NCBI GenBank assembly: GCA_008632985.1
Contig: QPGO01000248.1
Span: 62,001 to 105,452, forward strand
Length of the DNA: 43,452 nt
DNA from: Psammoneis japonica
Lineage: Eukaryota
Reading direction: 5' to 3'
Numbering within the stretch: the first letter of the stretch is position 1; each line of letters opens with the position of its first letter. Both the position numbers and the translations under genes were made by a program. Shown here piece after piece: positions 32,646-43,452 of this stretch. The notes below the pieces were generated by a model. It searched no databases, was not told the origin of the DNA, and was given only the letters and a program-made list of their open reading frames with translations.

Positions 32646-33755
32646 ATGGCAGCTCAAAATAAGCAAAGGAATTCGTCTTGGTGGTACTGCTTGATCACTA
32701 TCATTCTATGGAGGTCTCCTTCTTTTCTGCGAAGCGCAATTGTTGATGCAGCCTTGGCTGTCAATTCTCGAAGAAAGTTTCTGCAAGTCTCATCCACTTC
32801 TCTCATTTTGCCGTCCTGTAATGCGGTAGCCGCCGATCAAAAAGAAACGGAATCCGTACGAGTTCCATTGGAATACATTCCTAGCTTGTCGGCGTATGTG
32901 CTCTACTACAACGTGGGTGGCGACCGTTTTGGAGCAATCATTGACACCGGGTCACCCTTTCTGACGGTCCCAAATTATTGCGATTCCAGAAAATGGGGTT
33001 GCTATCATCCTGAATCAAGCTTTCCGAGCGGGCTTCCAGATACCACAGAAAGATTTGATAACAATCAAGGATTGGTAGAATGGCGAAAGGCTCCATTTAG
33101 TTTTACCAATGCAACAGGGTCCATGATCGGACCAAATCTCTTTACGTTTGGAGTACTGACAGAATCCCTCATGGGTGGCTCCGGCGGTGTCTTTTTCGGT
33201 CTGGTTCGTGACACGGACAAGTGGATCCGGCCTTCTTTTCTTGGCCAGACACCCGTTTCTTCCTTTCAAATAGACCTGGCATCTACCCAAAAGTCTCTCA
33301 CTCTAACAAGTGCAGGAGCAGAAACTCTGCTTACTTGTGCGACGGATAGCTGTATCCGTTTGGTCAAAGACTTGAATCAACGGTACGGTGACCCGACGAT
33401 TCACTACACTGCCAAAGCTTCGTCAGTGGTTGCCAACGGTCAACCACTAGCTCGAGACCGGAAACCAATCTATGTTATTTTCGATACAGGGGTGTCAGGT
33501 ATGGTAGTGAGTCCGGAGTTGCTTGAGGAACGATACATGTCAGCCAGAAGAAACCGAGAGCGCAATTTGTGGGGTGACGTTCAAATTAACTTCCCAGGCG
33601 GCATCTCGTTAAGCAGTCACAAACCGGTGACAACGCCTCTGGGAGAGAAGCCTTGGCCCAATTTTAACGCGCATCTCATTGTCGTGGGACTGTCGTTTCT
33701 GGACGATCGCATCCTTACTGTGGATATTGACAAGCAAAAGCTCTGGATAACATGA
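32646..33755 (+). CDS. Pepsin-like (A1) aspartic protease
   Basis: Two catalytic motifs, AIIDTGS and VIFDTGV. Terminal IVVGLSFL...LTVDIDKQKLWI. N-terminal hydrophobic leader. Confidence 0.88.
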   Translation: MAAQNKQRNSSWWYCLITIILWRSPSFLRSAIVDAALAVNSRRKFLQVSSTSLILPSCNAVAADQKETESVRVPLEYIPSLSAYVLYYNVGGDRFGAIIDTGSPFLTVPNYCDSRKWGCYHPESSFPSGLPDTTERFDNNQGLVEWRKAPFSFTNATGSMIGPNLFTFGVLTESLMGGSGGVFFGLVRDTDKWIRPSFLGQTPVSSFQIDLASTQKSLTLTSAGAETLLTCATDSCIRLVKDLNQRYGDPTIHYTAKASSVVANGQPLARDRKPIYVIFDTGVSGMVVSPELLEERYMSARRNRERNLWGDVQINFPGGISLSSHKPVTTPLGEKPWPNFNAHLIVVGLSFLDDRILTVDIDKQKLWIT

Positions 33756-33919
33756 CCTTTACTGATTCAATACAAAAACTACAATATCAGACAGTTGATA
33801 TCAAGAAGAGCGACTTCTGTGGCCTCACACACCGACTCCGAGTTGCTCATAGTAGGAGAGAGCAGAAGTTTGCAAGAGAACACAAAGAAGGAAAATTTTG
33901 ATTTTCGAAAAAATTCAAA

Positions 33920-34215
33920 AAATTCGAAAAATTTCCCTCCACTAATCCTTAATTCTTTATTCATGAGTCGATACAAATATAACAGCTTTCGCGCCATTTT
34001 CATCTCAAGTGTTCAGTGTGCTTTCTTGCTTTTGTGAGTCGACATTAACTGCTTTTCATGATTCTGAATTCATGATGAATGACAAGGATGAAGAGCGCAA
34101 CAGTGTCGTCTCCCCTTGGCGGGAAGGCTGCTACAGGACTGTCTCCCACAGAATCTGTACCGCAAGATGCACTCTCTGGTGATCAATGCGCAGTTGATGC
34201 ACCCGGACGGAATGG
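33920..34215 (+). repeat. Diverged direct duplicate of the promoter and first ~50 codons of the gene at 35325 (partner ~35070-35475)
   Basis: CCCTCCACTAATC, AACAGCTTTCGCGCCATTTTC, CATGATG.ATGACAAGGATGAAGAG and CTGTACCGCAAGATGC occur in the same order at both loci. The copy has internal deletions. Confidence 0.9.
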
Positions 34216-34217
34216 TT

Positions 34218-34810
34218 TCAAAAGGAAAATTCTAACTGTTTGGTTGATGGATTTTTGACGATCACCCTGTCTGCAAATTGTAATGTTTTTCTTTTCATTT
34301 CTTCAAAATCTTGACACTCGATGCAATGTGGAAGCTCCTGCATGGCCCTCCTTTGCTCTCGGCAAATCTCGATGACTCGTTCGTCATCCCCTCTTTCTCG
34401 CATGTTTCGTTCATGCAAATCTTCTGTTGGGACCAGATGTACGTTTTTTCTTTGTGTTTTGACCCATCATTGCCTTCCAGCAAAATGGCAGACTGTTCCT
34501 TGCTCTGACAGAGAACAATTTTGGGCTGTTGGAGTTGATTCTTCAAAACCAATTTGCGATGTTTGGTGGCCTCATACAATGCACATTCATGTTCCAATCG
34601 CTTCCGGTTGATTTTGCCGTCATCATCACTGTCGTCAGTCACAGCCAATTTCCAATCACGCATCATCTTGGATTCTGGTGCCGCCTTGGGATCCCAAACA
34701 TCATCAATGTCAAAGAAGATGTCGCTGTGCTGTCTGCAAAACGTCGTTTTGCCAGACCCACCCGGCATGCAAACAATTCCAGGAATAAGAGGATGTGCTT
34801 TGGATGTCAT
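34218..34810 (-). CDS. Small P-loop NTPase/kinase-like protein (~197 aa if a -1 frameshift at ~34445 is corrected); possibly pseudogenised
   Basis: IVCMPGGSGKTTF (Walker A) followed by FFDIDDVW. Adding one A to the A6 run joins ...HKEKNVHLVPTEDLHERNMRERG...LEFSF*. Confidence 0.7.
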
Positions 34811-35324
34811 CTTTGGCGGGAGAAAGCTTGCGGGTGCTGTATCGTTTTGGTCAATAAAAGTGAATCGCGATGACTTGAGTTACAACTTTGTGATGACTGG
34901 GTTGTTCGGTTGCATTACACATGCACAACTTCATCCCAGTTTATCGTCGCATTAGCTGATAACACGCAAAAGCTACACAGGGCGATGATCGGCAACGAAA
35001 CATAATGCAATTCTGAGGCCATTCTTCATCCTCCCCTCGAGGTGCACTTCGTAGCGATGAATCAGATGTAAAAAATTCGAGAAAATCAAAACTCCCTCCA
35101 CTAATCGCTTCATTATTTTATTCATGCGTTTATAAATACAAATTTTAACAGCTTTCGCGCCATTTTCTTTGGGTAAGCACCCCGCGCCGCCGCCGCGCCG
35201 CCTCGCCTGACGCCCGAACCCGTTTTCAGTTTTCGCTTTGCTGAGAGTTTTTTCTTGCGGCCGGGTGGAGAAGTCATACAGAAGAGATCTTGAGCGTGTT
35301 GACATTGCTGTTAGTTCATGATTC

Positions 35325-37124
35325 ATGATGGATGACAAGGATGAAGAGAGCGCAACAATTGCGTCTCCCCATGGTGGGAAGGCTGCTATGGGACAGTCTC
35401 CCGCAGAAGCACCCTCTGTACCGCAAGATGCGCTATCTGGTGATCAATCCACAGTTGATGTATCCGGGAATGGTGCCGACGTCAAGGAGTCTCCAAACTC
35501 GCCTCCGACAGATGGCCAAATTGCGGATAAAACCGAAGATGAGACGCCAAGTACCTCATATCAAGAGGATTCGTTAGAAGCGGGTATGATAGCTCCATCG
35601 CCCCCACAAGAATGCTGTGGCAAATCTCGATAAGGCGACAAGTGAAAATTCGCACGATTCCGCTGCCGAGCAAGGCACCGAAGAATCACCAAGTCAACTA
35701 GCGTAGTAGTGGCGCCAGTAAGATCTCAGCATATCGAAGAAAGTGCTCTAGAAGCTGATGTGACAGCATCCAACACCAATCGTTCCTGAAGCTTCGCACG
35801 CGATGAATGTAACGTCGCAAAAAACGAAAAACGAGCCATACAAAGAAACCAACCAAAGAACTCCGTAATAACAATACAACATAATGTGGAAACGACTCCT
35901 CAGCCGACATCAAGGTCGGGTTTGGCGATTTTTTCGTCACTGAGTAGGCCCATGACGGCATTATGATTTTATTTGCTCTCGGCGGTGTGGCAACGTGGGG
36001 CTACTTTTTCTCGCAGTTTCTGCGTATACCAGGTCTGGAGGACCAAGTCGATCGTTGGAAGCAGAAGTAGATGAACTAGAAAAGCAAGTGGAGAAACTCG
36101 AGACACAAGTGGAGTTACTCAAAATTCAAGTAGACAGACTCACCTTACAGGTGGATCGTTTAGAAGAAGAAAATGATCGCTTTGAAGAACTCAACAATGC
36201 GTTGACAGCGGCCAACGAGGAGTTTGCAACACTAATTATGGAGTTGAATGAGTCGAATTCAAGTTTCAGGAGCAAACGATGCAGCTTAATGCATCTGTTA
36301 CAGAACTTCAGGATCAGAATGATCAGCTCTCAGCATCAAACGAGGAGTTTCGATCTCTGAACGAAGAGTTGAATTCAACAAACACAGCTCTAGCTACGGA
36401 GATTGGTACTTTGACTGTACTCAATCAGAATCTGACGAATACAAATGGAGACTTGATTGAGCAAAATGTTGCCCTTCTCAATGAAACTAACAGTCTTCGG
36501 AATTTGACGGTCGAGCTTAACGAAACCGTCAACTCCTTGGAGGACCAGCTATCGTCTATTCAAGATCAAAATGACGAATTGCGGCTTCTCGTCAATGACT
36601 TAAACACGATCGTATCCTTTTTAGAGGAAGAGGCCGCGGACGGAGATGAAACATATCAAGAACTGGCTTCGTTTCTTGCTGAGCAGATTACCGTCAATCG
36701 AGCATTGCTGCTGGGCGTCACGCAGAACACCTTCACTCAAACCTTGACATCGTGGGACTGCAATCTTTTCGATACCTTTGCGGGAGATCCATTCATTGAG
36801 GATCTAGACTCTCCAATAGGAGCCACGGACTACCCCTCGGTTATTGCAGAAGTTGAGAGTCTCGCATTGACTCCCTTGTGTCTAGATTTGGTGGACTTTG
36901 AGCTGTATCTCAACGAGCAAGTTGCACAATCAGGCAACCCGCCGCCGGTGGATACGTCAATGAATGAGCTTGTGCGTGGGGTAAACATGTATTCGACAGC
37001 CGCCTTGAACTACTATTTTCCTGACGCAGATGATGCTCAAGGAGGACTTACTCAAGAAGATTGGGTTGCAGCTGATTATGTATGTTCCAATTTTCCAGAC
37101 GATCTGAGATTCATGTTCCAGTAG
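35325..37124 (+). CDS. Single-pass membrane protein with long coiled coil and Cys-containing C-terminal domain; multiple frameshifts (error-prone assembly or pseudogene)
   Basis: Acidic low-complexity N-terminus, then TM ILFALGGVATWGYFFSQFLRIPGLEDQVDR, then heptads LEAEVDELEKQVEKLETQV..., then WDCNLF...LCLDLVDFELYL...LNYYFPD...LTQEDWVAADYVC. At least five frame changes or stops between ~35610 and 36270. Confidence 0.7.
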
Positions 37125-37287
37125 GGAGCCTCTCGAGGTTCGGTAAAGTATCCGTTCTAATGCCATCTATTTTAAGTACAATGACGAATTTACGATTTAG
37201 GTGTTCTACACAAAGTTGGTAGTTTGTAGTAGATACTGCTTTATACAGAAATATCCGCTAAAATTAAAGTTGACTCTGCCATTGGAT

Positions 37288-39075
37288 TTATAAGCAACTG
37301 TTGCAGGTTTCTTGGCACAAATCATAGGCGTAGTGTCCAGGATGACACAAGGTTTCCTGCCAAGCGGGGCGCAAAGAGAGCCAAGCGCAGTCTTTATAAC
37401 GCTGAGAATTGTTAACCCAAAAGACCTCCCCAGAAGTATCATGGCAAGCGTCAGTGCATTTGCCGCAAGTCTCCTCACAAATGTCGTATGCATCATGGCC
37501 ATTTACACAGAGGGTTGCGTGCCATTGGGGTCTCCTCGCAAGCCAGGTGCAATCCTGATTACCCCTGTCACTGTCCACGAAGAATGTGACATCCAGCGAA
37601 TCCTCGCATGTATTCAATACGGAAACTGGTTTCTCAGACGGGGAGTTGGATGGAGTCAACGTCGGCTGACTTGTCGGCGATGCCGTCGGCGTTGATGTCG
37701 GATAACCGCTCGGCGTTTCTGTCGGTGAGGAAGTTGGCGACTCTGTCGGGCTAGACGTGGGAGTCAAAGACGGAATCAACGACGGTGAAGAGGAAGGTGA
37801 TGCAGACGGACGTTGAGAAAGTGTTGGAGAGCTTGTAGGAGGCGGAAGGCAGTTGTCGCACGTCTCGCGACAAAGCTCATACGCCTCGTGGTCCTCATGG
37901 CAGAGTTCATCACGCCAACCGGGAGACAGCGCCAACCAGGAGCAGTTCTGGTACCGACGCACATTATTTACCCAAAATACCTGGTCCGGACTATCATGGC
38001 AGGAATCGGAGCATTTTCCACAAAGTTCGGGACATACATGGTAGGCATCGTGTTCAGGAACACAAAGAGTGGCCTGCCATTCGGGTCTCTTTGAAAGCCA
38101 GATACAGCCACGGTTACCCCTCTGCTCGTCAACGACAAATGTTTCTTCCAACGAATCGTCGCAAGGATCAATGTAGACAGGCGCTTCAGACGGAGCAAGT
38201 GTCGGAACAGCTGAAGGGTAACGAGTCGGAGAGTCCGAAGGAGCTGTCGAAGGGGAAACAGAGGGAGCCTCAGAAGGAACTTCTGTAGGTAAAACAGAAG
38301 GAGCCTCAGAAGGAGACTTTGATGGCGAAGCCGAGGGGGGTCTTGTTGGATTTAATGATGGAGATTCTGTTGGACTTGAAGTGGGCGTCGAAGACGGCGT
38401 CAATGATGGTGATGCTGATGGCACGACACTCGGAAAAGGAGAGGAGGTTGGGCTATGCGAAGGCGTCGACGTCGGGACAAGACAGTTGTTGCACGTATCT
38501 TTGCAGAGCTCAAAAGCATCGTTGCCAATGTGACAAAGCTGTTCACGGAACCCCGGACTTACTGCCAGCCACGAGCAGTTCTTGTAGCGCTGCACATTGT
38601 TGACCCAAAACTCGTCCAGAGCCGAATCGTGGCAGGCGTCTGAGCACTTGCCGCAGGTCTCGGGGCAGACATGAAAAGCATCATGGTTTGAATGACAGAG
38701 CGTCGATAGCCATGACGGTCTCTTGGAAAGCCAAACACACCCTCGATTGCCACGTTGGTCGTCAACAAAGAATGTTCCTGTAGCGGAATCTTCGCATGTG
38801 TCAAGGTTGTTACTCGAGTGAGTGGGGGACACAGTTGGAAACGAGCTATTCGTTGGGGGTGACTCTAAGGCATGCTGTGAATCGCCAAAAGAAAAACAAA
38901 GTGAAGCGTTAGGTTCCATTTCTTTGCGTGACAAACTGACAAGTGGTCAGATCCAATCTTTGTTACTCACCCTGCCATTTCTCAGCAATGTTTCGTAAGG
39001 AAGAGCACTTGGTAGCAGAATCGCCAAGCCAAGCATCAAAGCATGGCGATTGAAGCGACAGAAGAACGGGTTCAT
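37288..39075 (-). CDS. Secreted protein with six ShKT-like six-cysteine modules (3 pairs) separated by PT/PS mucin-like linkers; 2 exons (39075-38971, 38874-37288)
   Basis: Exon 1 [26 protein letters not shown]... supplies a signal peptide (GTGAG...CAG intron). Repeated CxD...CxWL...LC...CxxTCxxC modules, with (PSxSPT)n linkers. Confidence 0.9.
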
Positions 39076-39894
39076 TGTCGAAGACAATCCTCTCTCTATT
39101 GCGGTCGGTTGTCTAAATTATGTGACATTGAATTCTCAAGCGTGTCACTTTGGTCTCGTCGCCGAGACAACATGGTATGGCGGAGTATCTTCAGCGAGAC
39201 TGTGCTCGATTGAAAGAACTTGTTATCCACCCGAGATGCAACAAATGACGGAGTACCTTTAGCGAGAGTTACCTTTCATTTTTGAAGCTGGAGAAAGCTT
39301 AAAGGGAAAAAATCAGTCTAGCCACGAAACAGGAGCGTGGAATCCACGCACCGTAAGCGGATCATGAGTTGCCACGATTTGATGCGGAATACTTGGAGTT
39401 TTGTCGCAAGCAACCGTGATACTCTCCGCGTCATGAAGAAGCCTCGCTGATTCAGCTTCTCTTTCTCGGTTTCAACCCCAAGTGGCGGGTGGCGGAACTT
39501 CTCATCGTCATGGAGGATGATTCACCGCTGAGCGTGTGCGGGTGCGGTTTGTTGCGTTGAGATCTCTAGCAAACTAATAAGCTCTACGGGTATCGACACT
39601 TTCATTAAATCACAACGGAGAGAGCGCATGGCATATCAAATATTCATTTTTATTTACTAATATAAATATATATATTTATTTAAAATTATGTATTTTATTT
39701 AGATAAATATATAAGTAACGGAAATATTCCGTGCGTTGAATTCTAATTTTACGTTCAACGGAAAAGTAAGTATTGTTCATATTTTTTTTCTCTTTAGAAT
39801 CGGATCTTCGATCTTAGCGGCAGTTCAGTTTTGATCGGTTATTGTGCCCATGAGAATTCGTTCTAACGTTGCGGTCAACGCCTATACGAGCATC

Positions 39895-41671
39895 ATGTGG
39901 CCATCGGATGTTATTGCCATTATCTTTTTTTCAATATGCTTAAGTTGGGTCCTTCCTGTGTGCCTCAGCGGAACACCAGCTCCACCCAATTTCTTTGATC
40001 ATCAGCTCGTCGACCACTTGAGCGAAGCTCCGGACCCCTTTTACCGTCAAGAGTGGTCGCAACGTTATGTACGTCTCTAATGATTCGAAAAACCCTGCCG
40101 TGCCTTTTCATGGATGTCTTACCTTATGAAGTTTGCTCTACGAATTCTGTTTCTCCGCAGTACATTTGGGACAAAGAGTTCCTAGGACCTGGCCACCCCA
40201 TATTTTGTACGTATGACGCTCTCTCTGTCGTATCTCGTGATGCTAATATCTCACAAGTTTGTGTTTATTTTCAAGTAATACTTGGTGGGGAGGGAGCAAT
40301 TGAGCCAGAGGCTGGTCTGCATTATCCTTTTATAACGCATCACTTGGCAAAAGACTTTGGCGCATACGTTTTGGAACCAGAGCATCGATTTTACGGGCAA
40401 TCTCAGCCATTGAGTAGTAGACAGAAAGTTTCTCGTCTAGACTCTGATCCCCGGCAAGCACTCCTCACATCTGAACAGGCATTGTATGACGCTGTGAGAT
40501 TGCTTCAACACGTTCAGAAACAGTTGGGATGCTCGCTGGATCACTTTTCTCCCAATTACTGTCCGGTTATTGCGGTTGGTGGCAGCTATCCTGGTTTTCT
40601 TTCAGCCATGGCAAGAGTCAGGTTTCCTCACGTTATCGACATTTCTTATGCTGCGTCGGCGCCAGTAAAGTTTTACGCGCAGCAAGTCGACTCGGGTGCA
40701 TACTATGAGCACATTAGCAAGGTGGCCGAGGCATCGCTGCCCGGATGTTCAAAAGGTGTACGAAGTACTTTGGATGCGGTATCCGCTACAATTGCACAAT
40801 CTGTTCACACTCATGCAGATGTAATCCGAGCGGCTTCTGAGCTTGGGGTATGCACCGGAACACTGCCAGCATATTTCTCTTCACGAAATTTTCAGGATGA
40901 AATGTTTATGGTTGTGGGCTACACCTTTGCAAATGCAAACATGGCAAACTACCCACCCGACAATAGAACAAGTCTTTACAAATCATGCCAGGCCTTTCTG
41001 TCGCCGACTTTGGAACCGATGCAGCGCGTCAAGAAATTCTTCATTGATCGTTTGTCCAGCGACGGCAATTGTTTCAACCTGACAAAGCAGCTCCCGACGG
41101 GTCCAAATGCAACACTGAGTGGCGGTGGTGAGTGACTTTTGCTGCCCAAACGGGAGTTTATGAAATGTTTTGTCTCATCTTTTCACACTCGATTTATCAT
41201 AGATTGTCTGGAGTAGGAACTGGAAGGGATGGGGAGATTTGGGACTTTCAGACGTGCACATTGCTCGTAGAAGCCATTGGGTTTTCGAATCGTTCCATGT
41301 TTCCTCCTCGAACTTGGACAATGGACTGGCTCAACCAACACTGTAGATCGCGCTTTCAAGTAAAGCCAGACCCTTATCGTCTCGTTCGAGCTTGGCGATT
41401 TGATGACTTGTTGGATGGAGCCAATGCTTCTCGGATTATCTTCACTAATGGACTCAATGACGGATGGTCTGTCTCTGGAATTTTGTCGGATCTTTCTGAT
41501 AGTTTGATTGCTCTGAACTTTGAGAATGGGGCACACCACTCTGATCTCTCGGGCCGAGGCCCTTCGGACGACGATACAGACGATATTCGCAAAGGCTTTC
41601 AAACAATCAGGGCCATACTCTCCTCCTGGCTTGGCGAAATTCGAGCGCTACAAGTAGGACAGATGGCATAA
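39895..41671 (+). CDS. Peptidase S28 family serine carboxypeptidase (PRCP/DPP7-like), 4 exons (39895-40068, 40161-40206, 40277-41127, 41203-41671); -1 frameshift at ~41206
   Basis: Signal peptide, QLVDH...WSQRYY, LGGEG, EHRFYGQSQP, LTSEQALYD, catalytic GGSYPG, WDFQTCT, IIFTNGLNDGW, GAHHSDL. SGGDWSG is restored by adding one G at 41206. Confidence 0.92.
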
Positions 41672-41740
41672 GAAAATTTTCTGCCGATATCTATCACGGA
41701 TTAGTTTTCTCGGCTTGACGAAACAAAGCCAGCACATAGA

Positions 41741-42150
41741 TCACAATGCCGCCTCATCTCTCTGACTCTTCATTAACTTTTTGAATGGTTGTAAGTCTTC
41801 GGAGAACAAGACTCCATCCCCGCTGACGTCCAGTGAATGAAACAAAAGTTCAAAATCCTTGGCCGTCACGAGTGTAGCCCGTACCGACTGAATGCTACTT
41901 AGAGCAGAACTAATAGTGTCAAGCTTGTCAATTCGCTCCGCAGCACGTTGTTTCATTCCTGTTCCACGAATAGACCTAGAGCAAACCGTCAAGATGGAAA
42001 CAGCTCCGACGCTCGTGCCTATGACAACACTGTCAAAGCGGTACTTAGTGGACTGTTCGTCGCCTGAAATAACTTTCATTCCAAAGACTCCTGCAACTGT
42101 TGTACAGATGCCAATGCCGATACAAAAAATTCCCAAATAGGCATCTCTAT
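41741..42150 (-). pseudogene. Relic C-terminal fragment of an MRS2/CorA Mg2+ transporter with an EF-hand-like tail
   Basis: GIGICTTVAGVFGMK (the GMN signature reads GMK), a second TM, and FHSLDVSGDGVL. There is no room for the N-terminal ~300 aa before the ferredoxin stop at 42333. Confidence 0.6.
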
Positions 42151-42332
42151 TTTAGACTAGAGAGCAAAAAGGAAAGCGGCATGGTCCACCCTTTCGCTGG
42201 AACATCTAGCAGCCTCTATCGAGTGTTCTTCATGAATTTTCTCCTCGACTAAAACGACTTCCACAAAAATAATATCGCGTTTGTTTTGTATGCCAGTATG
42301 TCATCTCTAGTAGAGAAAGTGAGTGCTCCAGT

Positions 42333-43136
42333 TCAAAACCCATCATCGGGAATTTGTACTTTTGTTCCTGCGAAGTCTTCTCGTACGCATATTTGGCATC
42401 CAAGACGGGAACTGTTTTGGACCAGGTTGAAAAGGTAGCGGCAAAGCGAGGACTGAGGCACAAAGAAAAAGACTATTCAAATGACAGTGCCATTGCCTTA
42501 CTATACAAATGACAGTTCCATTCCTTTACTTACGTTTCGGTTAATTCGAACGCCAAATCTAACATATCGTCCTCTTCGTCTTCCTTCTCGGGGAGAGTTT
42601 CATAAATCTCTGGCTCAAATACCAAGTGGCACGTTGCACAAGCCAATTCTCCTCCGCAGGCACCTGTATGAAAAGTGAAAAAATACTGAGTCTCTCATCA
42701 TCAACGAAACGTCGCCAAAAAATTTCAAATGAAAAGTCGTTACCTTCGAGTTCAATATCATTGTCGTGTGCTACATCCAAAAGGTTCTTCCCTATTTCAG
42801 CTTGAACTTCTTTCTCGTCTCCGTCACGATCAATGTAGATGATTGGGACAGTCTTCGCGTCACACTTGTAACCTTTTTTTAAAGTAGAAGTCTAAAAAGT
42901 CAGATGACCAATTTATCCAATTTATTTCCCCCTCTTTGAGAAACACGGGCGCTGATGAACGTACCTGTCGCATGAACGAGACGTCTTTGGTCATAAAATA
43001 TTGTGCTGTCCTGCGAGAGGCGGGATAAAGCTAAGAGAGCTTTAGGCACTACGTACTGAGACGATGAGACTCTCCATCCCTGTTGTATCGCTAGTCGAAC
43101 CACTCTCCTTGCCGGGGTGAGCAAAGGCGCTGTCAT
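42333..43136 (-). CDS. Mitochondrial adrenodoxin-type 2Fe-2S ferredoxin (FDX2/Yah1-like), 4 exons (43136-42965, 42872-42744, 42663-42534, 42411-42333)
   Basis: Spliced product: Arg-rich presequence [15 protein letters not shown]..., then [10 protein letters not shown]...[29 protein letters not shown]...[22 protein letters not shown]...PDDGF*. All four cluster cysteines are present; all introns GT-AG. Confidence 0.95.
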
Positions 43137-43452
43137 TGTCAGTTTGGTTCGGTTTATCGCGGCTTTCTTTGTGATCAAGCATTTACAATGATGTTGTTCA
43201 ATGATCAATGTGGGGGGCGTCTTTGGAAGTGAGATCGTCGAAGGCGGTCTGATCGCCAGTGCGTTTGGGGGTTTTCCCAGTACAATTTGTACGCACAAGA
43301 AAACACGTAGGATCTGTCCAGAGGTCCCAAATACCCAATCGCACTGATTGACAGACTGTTTTAGTACAAATTCTACGTAACTTTCTTCGACAGTCTCACT
43401 TCCGAAGACGTCCCCCAAATGGTGCGGTGTTCAGTGTTGGAGGGAACTCGCG

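Noticed and set aside
42230..42463. ORF 42230..42463 as a separate gene or last ferredoxin exon
   Set aside because: The acceptor just upstream of 42411, in a different frame, yields the conserved SRLGCQ ending. This ORF is a shadow.
43137..43418. N-terminal extension of ORF 42900..43418
   Set aside because: The ATG at 43136 starts a typical mitochondrial presequence, and the upstream part has no supporting features.

Overview
Gene-dense eukaryotic nuclear DNA, most likely from a pennate diatom. This is inferred from the short (~70-125 nt) GT-AG introns, several signal peptides ending in an 'AF' plastid-targeting motif, an SLC4 bicarbonate transporter and PTxxPS/Cys-rich secreted proteins. 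About 19 protein-coding loci can be reconstructed. They include pirin, a PAP/fibrillin, Rheb, RIC1, an aldo-keto reductase, a TPM-domain lumenal protein, a Mic12/MIC13-like protein, a long coiled-coil protein, TsaE, SLC4, an aspartic protease, a six-module ShKT-like mucin, an S28 carboxypeptidase and a mitochondrial 2Fe-2S ferredoxin that the ORF track shows only as fragments. The most unusual signal is three sharply bounded islands (1-~4850, ~31020-32520, ~34220-34950) that have lost most TpA dinucleotides. The first two have also lost much CpG. Tandem copies in the first island differ from each other by TA<->TG/CA changes, and the surviving TpAs are mostly in TTA/TAA context. This looks like a repeat-targeted A->G (T->C) hypermutation at TpA, opposite in direction to fungal RIP. 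Short TpA/CTAG-rich patches occur in intergenic DNA. Several genes carry -1 frameshifts in homopolymers that are probably assembly errors. No RNA genes or CRISPR arrays were recognised. All family assignments come from motif recognition by eye; no searches were run.
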